Positions 22,281 through 32,660 of a DNA stretch of 64,000 nt are shown in pieces. Origin of the DNA: Wickerhamiella versatilis (Eukaryota); assembly GCA_030867685.1 (NCBI GenBank), contig JAQOWU010000001.1, positions 248,001 through 312,000 on the forward strand. Reading direction: 5' to 3'. How positions within the stretch are numbered: position 1 is the stretch's first letter; each line of letters begins with the position of its first letter. The notes under the pieces are model-generated. The model was not told the origin of the DNA. It did not search any database and worked only from the letters and a program-made list of their open reading frames with translations. The position numbers were made by a program, and so were the translations under genes.

Positions 22281-22583
22281 CTGGTCTACGAGATACTCTA
22301 GCAATAAATACCTCTAGCAACTAGTAACCTAATGTGATCGTTAATAATGCCGTTATTATGTCTTATGTATTTGAGTCACAAAATGAAACCAGTGCCAACA
22401 CTATTATCATCCACTTTACAGGTAGCCAGGGATCTTCTAGCCTAGCCAGCTAGCAAGCTAGTAAAACCCTTTGCCTCTTTCTCTCTTAATTTTTTTTTGC
22501 TCAACATGTCCCTAGTAAGAATAGCAGATCTACTATATGATACGCTAAACTCAGAGTACTGAATAAAAAATAGGATTAAATAT

Positions 22584-22935
22584 ATATGTATGGCACATCT
22601 GACACTACGGCGTGCGGAGGGTATAGCACGACGAGCTCTTTTAGAGCCACGAAAACTTAATCTCGGCTTCACCAAATCACTACAGAGCGCATGAAAGCAC
22701 ACTCACCGTAAGCCGACTCACAGGCACTAGAACAGTGCCTGCATGTACAAGCCCCTCAGGTACGAGGAGATGAGTGCTGCGAACAACCACAGTTTGTCTA
22801 AGGAAGCCTATTATATTAAGAAGCTATTTTCGTTGGGAGCTACTAGTAGATGAAAATACACCCTTACCCTGGGAAGAAGCAGCAGATGTCTACAAGTTGC
22901 GTCGCCCCTCGTACCTTCAAGGTATAGCATTACAG
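22584..22935 (-). ncRNA. Box H/ACA snoRNA; 3' pocket fits the LSU site equivalent to S. cerevisiae Psi2133 (snR3-like)
   Basis: H box AGAUUA 22658-22663, hairpin, ACA at 22587-22589; guide GUCAGAU starts 14 nt before ACA and complements LSU AUCUGAC; 5' end uncertain. Confidence 0.65.
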
Positions 22936-23001
22936 CCGCAATTATCGCGTGTCCGTGTCATGCTATATCCGAAAAAATATATATAGTTGTGTATTTAAAC
23001 G

Positions 23002-24498
23002 TTATCGAAGTGATTCCTTGATAGATTTCACCAAGACTTCTGCGGCTTGTTTGAGCTCTGCTGCGGATAATCCCTCATGTATGCAGATTCGGATGGCATT
23101 CACCGGAGCGAAGGTCTCATATTCTGCAACTTGACGCAGACGTGTAATTAGAACACCTCGTTCGCGACACCGCATTATTATATCGTGGATCACCAGACAC
23201 AGGTCACGCTCATTCTCAAATTCCAAAGCCAATGAAAATACAATGTACATGGAGTCAGGCCTTGACAACACATCAATCTCCTTACATTTTTTCAGGTGTT
23301 GTGTGAAGCTGGCCGCCTTTGAGCGGAGGGGGGCTATGTGCTCCTCGGCAAACTTGTCCGTTTCAAGTCTTTTTAAGAAAGCACTCGTCATGCTGGCCAA
23401 GTATGGTAGTTCAGTTGCACTAAACGTATAAGCAAGGGATACAATGCGCTGGTGCTCCACCATCATTTCAGAACCCGCACATATTCCGCCGCCCGAGCCA
23501 ATGGCATTTGCCAGGGATGCTACAGTGATGTCAATATCGGAACGGGGAACCCCTTTGTCCTCTGGCAAGCCGCGTCCATGCTTGCCCAACGTTCCCAGCG
23601 ACCACGACTCATCCAGGATCAACCTAAACTTGTAGAGCTTTTTCAACCGGACCACCTCAGCCAGGTCTGGGGAGTTGGCGGTATACTCAAAAAGGCCCTC
23701 TGTCACGATGAAACGACGCGGAACTGGTCCCCGACGATGCATACTTACAGCTGTCTTGAGCTTGAGCTCCAAGTCTTCGGTATCGTTGTGCTTAAACCAG
23801 ATAATCTTTGCACGCGACAGCTGTAAACCACGCTGGATGGACATATTAACTGCCTGGTCCACCACAAGGATGTCACCACGTTTGGCGAAACAGGGAATAA
23901 CCGAGGTCGCGGTGGAGAATCCCTGCGAATAGAGAATCACGCCCTCGGTGCCGAGGAACTCACCAACATCTTTTTCACATCGAATATGGACGTCTTCGTT
24001 ACCATAAAAGCCAGCTGGGCCGCACGATCCAACCCCGCACCGTCGGATGGTCTCAAGGGAGATCTCCTGGAGCTCAGGATCTACGCTACAGCCATAGAGA
24101 TCATGGCATCCCAAGTTCATCAACTTCTGTCCATTATCAATCACATGGGCACTATTTTCCGACTCCAAAATAGGAATTTCCGAGATGTACGCCTCATCGT
24201 CAATACCGGCCTCGTCCACGAGAGGCTCGGGTTCCCACTCTTTAACAAGCTCGTCCACCTCCTCCTCAGAGAGAGCGACGTAGTCTTGCTTTGCATAACT
24301 CTGTTTTGAGGCTAGGAAGTAATGTAACGCGAATAATGCAAGGAGTATTTCAAAAACCGTCCGCTGCGGGTCGTTTTGATGCGAGAGCGCTATGTACCGA
24401 CCTACCAGTGTAGATCCAGGGAGCTTTGCCAGAAGGGAAAGAACAGATGATACCGCACGCTCTACTGCGAAGCCTATAGTGTGCGACAATTGTTCCAT
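23002..24498 (-). CDS. LCB1: Serine palmitoyltransferase subunit 1
   Basis: GVGSCGPAGFYG, IVTEGLF, YKFRLILDESWS, YTFSA. Confidence 0.95.
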   Translation of the reverse strand: MEQLSHTIGFAVERAVSSVLSLLAKLPGSTLVGRYIALSHQNDPQRTVFEILLALFALHYFLASKQSYAKQDYVALSEEEVDELVKEWEPEPLVDEAGIDDEAYISEIPILESENSAHVIDNGQKLMNLGCHDLYGCSVDPELQEISLETIRRCGVGSCGPAGFYGNEDVHIRCEKDVGEFLGTEGVILYSQGFSTATSVIPCFAKRGDILVVDQAVNMSIQRGLQLSRAKIIWFKHNDTEDLELKLKTAVSMHRRGPVPRRFIVTEGLFEYTANSPDLAEVVRLKKLYKFRLILDESWSLGTLGKHGRGLPEDKGVPRSDIDITVASLANAIGSGGGICAGSEMMVEHQRIVSLAYTFSATELPYLASMTSAFLKRLETDKFAEEHIAPLRSKAASFTQHLKKCKEIDVLSRPDSMYIVFSLALEFENERDLCLVIHDIIMRCRERGVLITRLRQVAEYETFAPVNAIRICIHEGLSAAELKQAAEVLVKSIKESLR

Positions 24499-25091
24499 CC
24501 CCGTCTTCTCGCGTTTTGATGACTAAGCTGTATTAGGGGAGGTATCCAACTCGGCCCCAATGCCTGGCGTCATATAGAAACCTGCTGTTTATAATGGCGA
24601 ATTCAGGACAGTATTTGCCCTTTTGATTTTCTAGTATCTAAGTAGTCACTTGTTATCGATCATATTGCGTGCAAAGCTCGTGCCCATGCTGCACGGGCCT
24701 GTCGGCCAAGCTGCATCTCAGCCAGTGGAGCCGCCTGACCGGCGCCAAGAGGGCCAACGGCTACGACCTGGGTTTCAAGATTTGAAAAATAAAAAAAAAT
24801 GAAGTGATAATAGAATCCATCCTACCAAAACTGAAATGAACATGGTATTAGTGGTAGCATTTTTTTTCTTTTGGCAGAGCGCACAGTACAATGTAGTACT
24901 GCTAGGCACCCGCACCCACCTGCAATAACAGGGGATGGATTACCGGTAATACAAAATAACAACAGCCTAGAAAATTAAACTAGCTCTTATAAACATGCTT
25001 CTAGACGCCAAAGTACTTTTCCATCGGCTTGACAACCCCTCCGTGAGATCCCTCCTCTCTCTCGGTCCTTTCAGCGAATATCTAATTTTAG

Positions 25092-25361
25092 CTAACCATC
25101 GTGCTTTCCAACAAGCTCCTTGATTGCCGCATCGACATTTCCATCAAGACTAGCCTTTTCCTCACGACCGTAGTCGAATCGGGCGTAAGCCATTGGCTTG
25201 ATACCCAGAGCCTCCCTGACAAGGATCGGGGTGCTAGGGTTGGCCTTCTTCAGTGCTGCGTAATTCTTGGTGAGAAATGCACGAACAGCATCACCACCAG
25301 CATTTTGGCTGAAGTGTATCCGCAGCTCTTTCAAGGCCTTCGGGAAGACGAGCCCACTCAT
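25092..25361 (-). CDS. NDUFA2: Complex I accessory subunit B8/NI8M
   Basis: LKELRIHFSQ, RAFLTKNY..LKKANP.TPILVRE, ARFDYGRE. Confidence 0.9.
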   Translation of the reverse strand: MSGLVFPKALKELRIHFSQNAGGDAVRAFLTKNYAALKKANPSTPILVREALGIKPMAYARFDYGREEKASLDGNVDAAIKELVGKHDG

Positions 25362-25512
25362 GTTACACTGCTTACGTTACCAATAGCCCAATCACGATTA
25401 CACAGGCGGGACGAGAGGCGAGGACTGAGTATCTTTGATTACACATGTGGGTGGAGTTGGAGGGGATGTGAGTGCATTGTCAGCAGCATTCACCTGTGGC
25501 ACCCAGACGATA

Positions 25513-25875
25513 ATGGTAGCGCCTGCAACGTCGAGATTTACCCAGATAATAAATTCAGAGGTGGGCCCTAAGACAGTGCACTTCTGGGCCCCGGTGATGA
25601 AGTGGGCGTTGGTCTTTGCTGGAGCCAAGGACATGAGCCGTCCGGTAGAGAAGATCAGTGGGACACAACAGATTGCTTTGACGGCAACTGGTATTATTTG
25701 GACCCGTTGGGCCATGATTATTCGGCCACGAAATTATCTGCTGGCATCTGTCAACTTCTTCCTTGGACTTGTGGGAGGATACCAGGTATCGCGCCTGTAC
25801 AACTATGAGCGATCGCTGGGCTACAGTCCTTCGGACAGCTTCAAGAATATTATTACTGACCGAAAAGCAAAATAA
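25513..25875 (+). CDS. MPC2: Mitochondrial pyruvate carrier 2
   Basis: GPKTVHFWAPVMKWALV, PRNYLLASVNFF. Confidence 0.95.
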   Translation: MVAPATSRFTQIINSEVGPKTVHFWAPVMKWALVFAGAKDMSRPVEKISGTQQIALTATGIIWTRWAMIIRPRNYLLASVNFFLGLVGGYQVSRLYNYERSLGYSPSDSFKNIITDRKAK

Positions 25876-26058
25876 ATAGGTAAATACCGTGGCAAATGAG
25901 CCGCTTAGGTCCCCTATAATGCCGAATCATGCCCGACACTTCTCAATTTTTTTCTATAAAGGTAATAATAGAGCTAAATTGTCTGCTAGGATATGCATTA
26001 ACTTCAGAACAGATTTGACATATTCGCATTCCACTCACTGATTCGAATTAGCGTGCTG

Positions 26059-27369
26059 CTAGCCAGATGGCCAGCCGTTTTCCGTCTCACGTCGTGGTGA
26101 TGGTGATGGTGATGGTGAAGACGGTACTACCTCTGTGTCCTCCTCCGGTTCCTTCTGTTCATCACCAGGGTGATCATTTTTATTTTCCTCACTTTGATTT
26201 ACATTGCCTTCGGACGCAGGTCCGTCATCGTGCTCGAGTGTTAGATCGGATAAGTCCGGCTGCCCGCCCGCGGGCAGAATGGATCGGGAACGAGGCAGAA
26301 CACTAAAAAGATTGTTGTCAACATCTCTTTCCGGCGTTGGCGTCTCAGGTGATGGTGTTGGCTCGTGGGGAGGATCCTCATCCACACTGGCAGGCTCCCC
26401 TTCAAAAGGATCCGGACATCCCCCTAACAGGTTGTCAAGACCACCCCCACTCCAACCCTTACGAGCAATACCGTCAAAAATTTCAATTTCTGCTGTTACA
26501 GTACTCGCCAGCGAGCGACGTATATGTGAACCAAGATCCTCTGCCTCGTTATGTAGATCCCCCAGGAATTCAAACTTGCAACGATTAATGTCGTCCACCT
26601 GCGAAGTGAGATCTAGCAACGTTGACCGGTATTGCACCAGATTGCGCAGTTTCTGACGAGTGCTGGACGACCTCGCAGACTCGGTTGACCGCAGCGCCCT
26701 AATCTTTTGCCGCAACGTGACCTTGAATTGATTCTCGCGCGAGGACACTCGTGAATTGTATTCCCGTACCTCCCGGGATAGTGGCTGGCTAAGCTTTGTC
26801 TCAACACTCCTGGCCAGCAAATTAAAGTGATTTGATACTAGGAGGTGTAGTCCACCAGCCGTCTGAAGGTCACCAGCGGTGGAACCAGACCCCGCACGTG
26901 CGCCCTTCGTTCGAGAACAGGCATCAAGGGCGTCGCCGAACTCAGCGGCCGCAGCACTCAATTCTTGAATTTTCTGGCGATATACCTCTGCCGTTCTGAC
27001 CACATTGTCAGACTTTCGGGCGAATTCGCGCGCATCCTGGGGCGATACGAGTCGGCTTGGCTCTGCCATGTCCTCGAGACCACCATAAAGGCTATCAGCC
27101 ATGGATGGTGCGCGATTGGACGCAACCGTGGATGCCGAACTAACCTCCGGCTTGGACATAAAATAGCCAAACAGGCTACTGGTCGCGGACCTAGGAGGAG
27201 GCTGAGCCCGCCACTCCACAGGACTCTGGCTATGTGAATGCCCAACAACTGGGGTCACTGGTCCTTTTGGTCGCGTCGGACTAATCCTTAAAGGACTCCT
27301 GTCTTCATGCTGTGCCCTTCGTGTGCTCCTTGCACCTGGTGACGCCAGTGACGCAGAGTCGGCAGGCAT
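26059..27369 (-). CDS. IVY1: Ivy1-like I-BAR protein
   Basis: AAAEFGDALDACSRTKG, GLHLLVSNH, RNLVQYRSTL, IARKGWSGGGLD; probable ATG 27369. Confidence 0.85.
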   Translation of the reverse strand: MPADSASLASPGARSTRRAQHEDRSPLRISPTRPKGPVTPVVGHSHSQSPVEWRAQPPPRSATSSLFGYFMSKPEVSSASTVASNRAPSMADSLYGGLEDMAEPSRLVSPQDAREFARKSDNVVRTAEVYRQKIQELSAAAAEFGDALDACSRTKGARAGSGSTAGDLQTAGGLHLLVSNHFNLLARSVETKLSQPLSREVREYNSRVSSRENQFKVTLRQKIRALRSTESARSSSTRQKLRNLVQYRSTLLDLTSQVDDINRCKFEFLGDLHNEAEDLGSHIRRSLASTVTAEIEIFDGIARKGWSGGGLDNLLGGCPDPFEGEPASVDEDPPHEPTPSPETPTPERDVDNNLFSVLPRSRSILPAGGQPDLSDLTLEHDDGPASEGNVNQSEENKNDHPGDEQKEPEEDTEVVPSSPSPSPSPRRETENGWPSG

Positions 27370-27763
27370 GAAGAAATCCTGGTCCCACCCTTGCCCACGT
27401 TGGGCCGTGCACCAAATTCTAACGGTCATTTGTGTTTTGTTGAGAAGACAAGAATAGGACAAATATGCCAATATGGATGTCGTTTTTGCTACGTCTAGGT
27501 GGCAAGTAATCCCTATAGCCTTAGCCATTTACTGAGGGCTGGCGATGACAGGATGAGCACAGGCATGGTTGTATGACACCCTGATAGAATAAATAGAAAA
27601 AGAGGGATGGTAGGCCCGAATTTATTATCATATGCAATAGTTTGACTTCGCACCAGTGCGATGCCTCCACCCTATTTTGCCATTAAGCCACGGACCTGTT
27701 CGTCAGTACAACAGTCCTTTTCATTGAGACTGCAGATCGGACTGCGGACTTGCGGAGGACAAT

Positions 27764-28014
27764 TGAGTCATTTATGCATCCATTTTAACGTGACAGATCC
27801 CAAAAACCGGCGATCTATGCGATATTGCGCTTTGTGAGTCACCACACAGATTATTACGCAAGCTTCAATTAATCATGTTAGAATTGAGGCCAAGAGTGTA
27901 ATTATGCGGTCAATCGTTATTTATATTTGAGCCGATAGTGCTAACGGTAACTGATCCAAGGTAAAAACGGCCTCAACTGTGTCGAGAAGGAGTTAGGTCG
28001 GATTAAGTGAGTCA
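27764..28014. promoter_or_regulatory. Three Gcn4-type TGAGTCA sites upstream of the PCL5-like cyclin
   Basis: TGAGTCA at 27764, 27835 and 28008; TATATAA near 28039. Confidence 0.7.
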
Positions 28015-28136
28015 TTGCCCCTAACCCTACATTAAATGTATATAAGCCTGAAAAGACCTGGATAATCAAGGAGCCGAAAGCATTGTTCTCCCACCATCCC
28101 ACCCCACGTTTCTTAGATTAATTGTGAAAGAGAAGG

Positions 28137-28151
28137 ATGAAGTATTTCTAA
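28137..28151 (+). promoter_or_regulatory. uORF (MKYF*) in the cyclin 5' leader
   Basis: ATG AAG TAT TTC TAA between the TATA box and the main ATG at 28216. Confidence 0.55.
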
Positions 28152-28215
28152 ATCACTGCGCTGCAGTGAGCTGAATCTCCTATTAGAACTTTCATCGGGA
28201 CGAACATAAGTTGAA

Positions 28216-28821
28216 ATGGCTGTGACACTACGGCCACATCACGTCGAAATCAGGCCTTCGGCAGTAAGGCAGCAAAAAAAGACAGAAATAGATGCTTTAG
28301 GGGTACGTGTGGTACCCTACTGTGCCGCAAACAAACAACAAATAGTGGCGACTCTTGTGGACATGGTAACCTCGTTCATCACTGAGGTATGGCCTAATGA
28401 AAACCCGGGATTGCCAGTTCGAACCCTTATTCGTGAGGTTCTACGCCGGTCGAAGTGCTCGTATCCTGTGCTGCAGGTGGCGTTGTGCTACCTCTCGACA
28501 ATTCGCCCCCTAGTTCTGGGTGGCGGCCGGAAAGAGTTGCAATGCGGCTGTAGAGTATTTGTGGCAGCATTGATGGTTGCCTCGAAATACCTCTTGGATT
28601 GCGGCGCTTCAACTGCAACTTGGTCCCGCGTGTCGGGCCTGCCAGCACGCGAGCTCACTGCAATCGAGCTTGCACTGCTTGAAGCTCTTCAATGGCAATG
28701 CCATATACCACCAGAGGTATACCGCCAGGCTTGCTCTAATCTTATGGTCAGGACACACAGGCAATCAATGGCCAAGAGATCAATAGTTGAACCAGTTATC
28801 ATTAGCCCGGAAATGCTGTAG
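28216..28821 (+). CDS. PCL5: Pho85 cyclin, Pcl5-like
   Basis: IREVLRRSKCSYPVLQVALCYL, LMVASKYLLD, WSRVSGL; Gcn4 sites upstream. Confidence 0.8.
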   Translation: MAVTLRPHHVEIRPSAVRQQKKTEIDALGVRVVPYCAANKQQIVATLVDMVTSFITEVWPNENPGLPVRTLIREVLRRSKCSYPVLQVALCYLSTIRPLVLGGGRKELQCGCRVFVAALMVASKYLLDCGASTATWSRVSGLPARELTAIELALLEALQWQCHIPPEVYRQACSNLMVRTHRQSMAKRSIVEPVIISPEML

Positions 28822-29016
28822 TAGTGTAAAGCACCTAATTGTAGGAAGCGCCAATTAGCCTCATGGATAATCTTATATGTACAATTATGTTATTTTGACT
28901 TTGGTTTCCATCTCTATCGATATTGCAGCGGCCTGATGTATGTGGGTGATCGCTCGTGGTACTTGAAGTGGGTCTTAGCAGGGCTAGGAACCCGGTAAGC
29001 GGTCTACTATCTGCAG

Positions 29017-29427
29017 ATGCTACTGCAAGCACTTCAATATTTGCGCGCATTTGAGGCGATAAGCGCAATTGTTTCCCTTGGACTCACCACTTATATTGCT
29101 GCCAAGCTAGGTGGGTCTGAATATCGTTATGCAGCCGCAGTGAGTGCTCTGGCGTTTGCGGTTCAAGCTATTTTGATAGCAACGTATCATTATACACGTC
29201 ATTCACGGCGCTTTCACATATTCTCACTAGTTTCCGATTTTATTCTATCTATCCTCTTCGTCTGCGCTGGAGTGGCAGCAACATTACCTACCAGCTCGAT
29301 TCATGAGGCTACTGCAGCTTTCCTCTATGTGTTATTTGCGGTTTCCTCCGCTGTGACCTTCCTGGATTTTGTCTCCATTCGGCCAAAGAACCACGACGAC
29401 GAGGAGAGTGAGTCGGAGCTTAAATAG
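29017..29427 (+). CDS. Four-TM MARVEL-like membrane protein
   Basis: Four hydrophobic helices, LRAFEAI start, acidic tail. Confidence 0.65.
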   Translation: MLLQALQYLRAFEAISAIVSLGLTTYIAAKLGGSEYRYAAAVSALAFAVQAILIATYHYTRHSRRFHIFSLVSDFILSILFVCAGVAATLPTSSIHEATAAFLYVLFAVSSAVTFLDFVSIRPKNHDDEESESELK

Positions 29428-29574
29428 GTGGTGAGCATCGATCCGTTCCTTCTCTCCAGGCAAAATAAGAATATATCACATAAATCGAAACTAAAATCCC
29501 TATAATAAAATTTTTCGTTTTTTTTTAGTTTCATTCTTTACAGTAAACTCTAGCATGCTAGTATCATAATGTAC

Positions 29575-31212
29575 TTAGCAGCGGGCGAAGCGAATGTTCC
29601 ACTTGCTTTCATCCTCAGGTGCCTGGCTATCAGCCTGAGACATGGTAGACAATGCCCTGAAAATCATGGTCTTGTCGGTGATTTGCTCCTTCTTGCTAAT
29701 TGCCATAAGCTTGTTGACATTGGATATAATATCCTGCATCAGACGGTCAAGGAAGTCCAAGGTCATGTCAGGCTTCACAACCACACGTAAACATTCATAC
29801 TTTCTCTCGTTCTCAGGGAGATGATAATTAGGGATGATATAACCACTGTGGCGCAACATGTAGGAGACAGCTTCTTGAGGAATGTAGCTATACTCCTTCT
29901 TGAAGTTCTCAGATAGCTTGAAACTGACCACAGGCAATCCTGGGTTGTAGTACGAGGATGGGTGGCTATTGACCGTGGTCTCAATTTCCGGCTTGTCCAC
30001 GAAATACTTGCCCCTTGGACGGTGGATATCACTCAAAACGTCAAAGTATCCAGAACGCTCGAGGTATGTCGACAAGAGTCTGGCATTTTCCAGCGCAGAC
30101 TCCATCAAGAGCGCGTATCCATCACGGCCCAACTTCACGAATTGGTAGTACTGGTAGATAATAGGAAATCCTGGTCTGGAGAAGTTCAGCGTGAAGGTGG
30201 TCTCTGACCCTCCAAGATAGTCGAGCACAAATAGCAAAGACTCGGGCAGGTACTTCATATCACGCCAGATGACCCAACCGCAGCCGGCAGGGGTACCTCC
30301 AAACTTGTGGCCGGAGGTGTTAATGGACTTTACACGGTCCAGGCGGAAGTCCCACACAAGCCCTGGGGAGCTGAATGGCGCGACAAATCCGCCAGAGGCA
30401 CCGTCAACGTGGATGGGAATATCAAGTCCAGTTGCAGCCTGGTAACCATCAAGGGCACGGGCCACAGATGCTACATCCTCGTAGTGACCGGTGAAGGTAC
30501 TACCGAGGATCACGAATACACCAATGGTATTCTCGTCAACATTTTTGAGCAGATCATCGATGGAGAAGCCGAATTGGTGGTCGGCATAGATGGGAAGCAT
30601 CCGGTTTTCGACATCCCAGTACCTGGCAAATTTCTCGAGGGCAACCTGGGCACAGCTAGCCATAAGGATATTGGGCTTGTCAGTGGGCTTGTCAGTGGGC
30701 TTGCCCTTAGCCTGCTGTCTCTCCTTCCAACGGCGCAGCATTGCCAGGCCACCAAGCTGGATAGCTTCACTGGATCCGGTGGTTGCGGTACCAACTCCAC
30801 GTTCACCATCGGGAACATTCCAAAGGTTAGAAATAATTGATACGCATCTCTCCTGCAACTGAAGCATCGCAGGATACTCGTCAGAGTCTGCCAAGTTCTT
30901 GGTCAAATTCTCCTTGCACAGCTCAAGTCCCTCCTCATCAACAGTGGTGGTGACGAAAGTGGCCATATTGAGAGCTGGCTTTCCATCGAGGGCCAAATGT
31001 TTTCGGACAATTTCAGCAGCAGTCTTAGAACGGACACCCGAATCGTGCAACGTAAACTTGGGTGCTGGCAACGTCTCTGCAGCATATGCCTCGGCCTGGG
31101 CCTCCTGCGCCAAAGTGTCGTTGTACTTAGAAGCACGCAATTCGGCGAGTCCCTCGACACCGGCTCCGACTTCCTCGGGGTCAACCTTGACTATCTGAGT
31201 TCTGAGAGGCAT
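29575..31212 (-). CDS. GAD1: Glutamate decarboxylase
   Basis: LDGKPALNMATFV, IHVDGASGGF, SINTSGHKFG (PLP lysine), FTLNFSRP. Confidence 0.96.
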   Translation of the reverse strand: MPLRTQIVKVDPEEVGAGVEGLAELRASKYNDTLAQEAQAEAYAAETLPAPKFTLHDSGVRSKTAAEIVRKHLALDGKPALNMATFVTTTVDEEGLELCKENLTKNLADSDEYPAMLQLQERCVSIISNLWNVPDGERGVGTATTGSSEAIQLGGLAMLRRWKERQQAKGKPTDKPTDKPNILMASCAQVALEKFARYWDVENRMLPIYADHQFGFSIDDLLKNVDENTIGVFVILGSTFTGHYEDVASVARALDGYQAATGLDIPIHVDGASGGFVAPFSSPGLVWDFRLDRVKSINTSGHKFGGTPAGCGWVIWRDMKYLPESLLFVLDYLGGSETTFTLNFSRPGFPIIYQYYQFVKLGRDGYALLMESALENARLLSTYLERSGYFDVLSDIHRPRGKYFVDKPEIETTVNSHPSSYYNPGLPVVSFKLSENFKKEYSYIPQEAVSYMLRHSGYIIPNYHLPENERKYECLRVVVKPDMTLDFLDRLMQDIISNVNKLMAISKKEQITDKTMIFRALSTMSQADSQAPEDESKWNIRFARC

Positions 31213-31426
31213 TTCCTAAAATGAATTGCTATCCTGGAGCAGCCCATGCGCTAAACATATTCCACATGTCCAGGTCTAGGGTTGCTTAGTTAAGCTTGCT
31301 TGGTGGTTAATTGCGCTCGTCGATCTCTTTCATATGGAATTATTTGTATACTACGCAATTCCCCTAAGACCTATCCGAAATAATTAGTATAATATTGTTT
31401 GCTTGTCTTGGTGTACAAATACGAAA

Positions 31427-31474
31427 GCAAATGCAAACGTAAATGCAAACGCAAATGCAAACGCAAATGCAAAT
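31427..31474. repeat. Hexamer tandem repeat (GCAAAY)x8
   Basis: Alternating GCAAAT/GCAAAC units, one GTAAAT variant. Confidence 0.9.
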
Positions 31475-31709
31475 ACGAGCCCCGAGGGAAATTGGGGAAT
31501 TGAATGGAAATTGAATGACTTTTTTCGGCACCTGAAATAAATCATGTTGCTTCCCAAGCACAGTTCCACTTAATTAATCGCATGTCCAGAGAGGCACCTC
31601 CACGATTCTATTTCACAGCCACGATCCGTCTCTGAAACAAGCCAGATCGAATTAGAAAACGCTTTCATGTGTATCAAGTCGTGCTAAACCTATTTACTTT
31701 AGATACCGC

Positions 31710-32189
31710 TTACTCGACCTTGTCGAAAGTCTCGCCCTCAACAAGCTCAGGAATCTCTGCGTCCTTCTTTTCGCCCTCAGCGGCTGGAGCTGCGGCTCCC
31801 TCACCGCCCTGGCCAGCAGCCTGCTGGGCCTGGAGCTGCTCACTGAGCTGCTTGAGCTGGGCAAGAGACTCAGGGCTCATGGACTGGATCATCTCAGGAA
31901 GCATCTCCTGGACAGTACGCTCATGAGAAACACCGTGGATGGCGAAAAGGTCGTGATCCGATGCCTGCTGGACAGCGGGACGACCAAAGTGAATTACATT
32001 ACCGTCATCCTTGAAGAGGTTCACCTGCTCAACACCAGTGAATGTCTGGGCACCCATTTTTTGCAGGGCGGCGTGGACCTTAGAGTCATCGGCCTCGGTA
32101 CGGCCTGCACGCTTGACCTTCCGTCGTGGGGTTCCCTTACCGCCGATACGGACGTTGGCCTTCAACTTTTCAAGCTTAGCAGCGTCCAT
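31710..32189 (-). CDS. EGD1: Nascent polypeptide-associated complex beta subunit
   Basis: RIGGKGTPRRKVK, VNLFKDDGNVIHF, IPELVEGETF. Confidence 0.96.
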   Translation of the reverse strand: MDAAKLEKLKANVRIGGKGTPRRKVKRAGRTEADDSKVHAALQKMGAQTFTGVEQVNLFKDDGNVIHFGRPAVQQASDHDLFAIHGVSHERTVQEMLPEMIQSMSPESLAQLKQLSEQLQAQQAAGQGGEGAAAPAAEGEKKDAEIPELVEGETFDKVE

Positions 32190-32199
32190 TTGTTGTGTC

Positions 32200-32409
32200 C
32201 TGAAAGAGGTTCAATGACAAATTTGTCAGAGTCGGTCAAACCTGGTGCTGCGTAACTGTCAGCACGCAGACCTAGCATAGCAATGAATACGAGAGCCAAA
32301 CAAAGTATCACTGCTCGTCTCCGTAATCATATCTCCAACCTATAAATCACACAATAATAGCCTTTCTACCGTCAAGACATCCCATCACGGACGATATTAT
32401 AGACCATAC
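32200..32409 (-). other. Putative 5'-UTR intron of EGD1
   Basis: GTATGG donor 32404-32409, TCTGAC branch near 32225-32230, CTCTTTCAG acceptor 10 nt before ATG; would remove several upstream ATGs. Confidence 0.6.
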
Positions 32410-32660
32410 CACCCGGTCTCTGCGCACCCCTAATCACGGTATGTCATCGTCCCATTATATCGAATTCTTTCTCTGGCCTTGAAGCTAGCAGAAATCTGTG
32501 AATGAGCGCAGTTGTTGCATCAATGCGGTTCTTCCGAATCAGAGACATGCGCACGTAGTGATCTGCAATAATAATAAATGCTTTCTTAGTGCGCTATCAT
32601 GTGACAGGACTTACTCTTCTCACAATTAAAATCATTTACGAATATTATTTTGGCACATTT

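Noticed and set aside
22922..22937. SRP Alu-like GGCUGUAAUG on the minus strand
   Set aside because: No helix 6/8 motifs or Pol III terminator at a suitable distance; the H/ACA layout explains the region better.
24670..24780. GC-rich island upstream of LCB1
   Set aside because: Only short hairpins and a 17-codon ORF; no recognisable RNA family.
31364..31569. ORFs with (AF)n or (CI/CV)n peptides
   Set aside because: Translations of the hexamer repeat.
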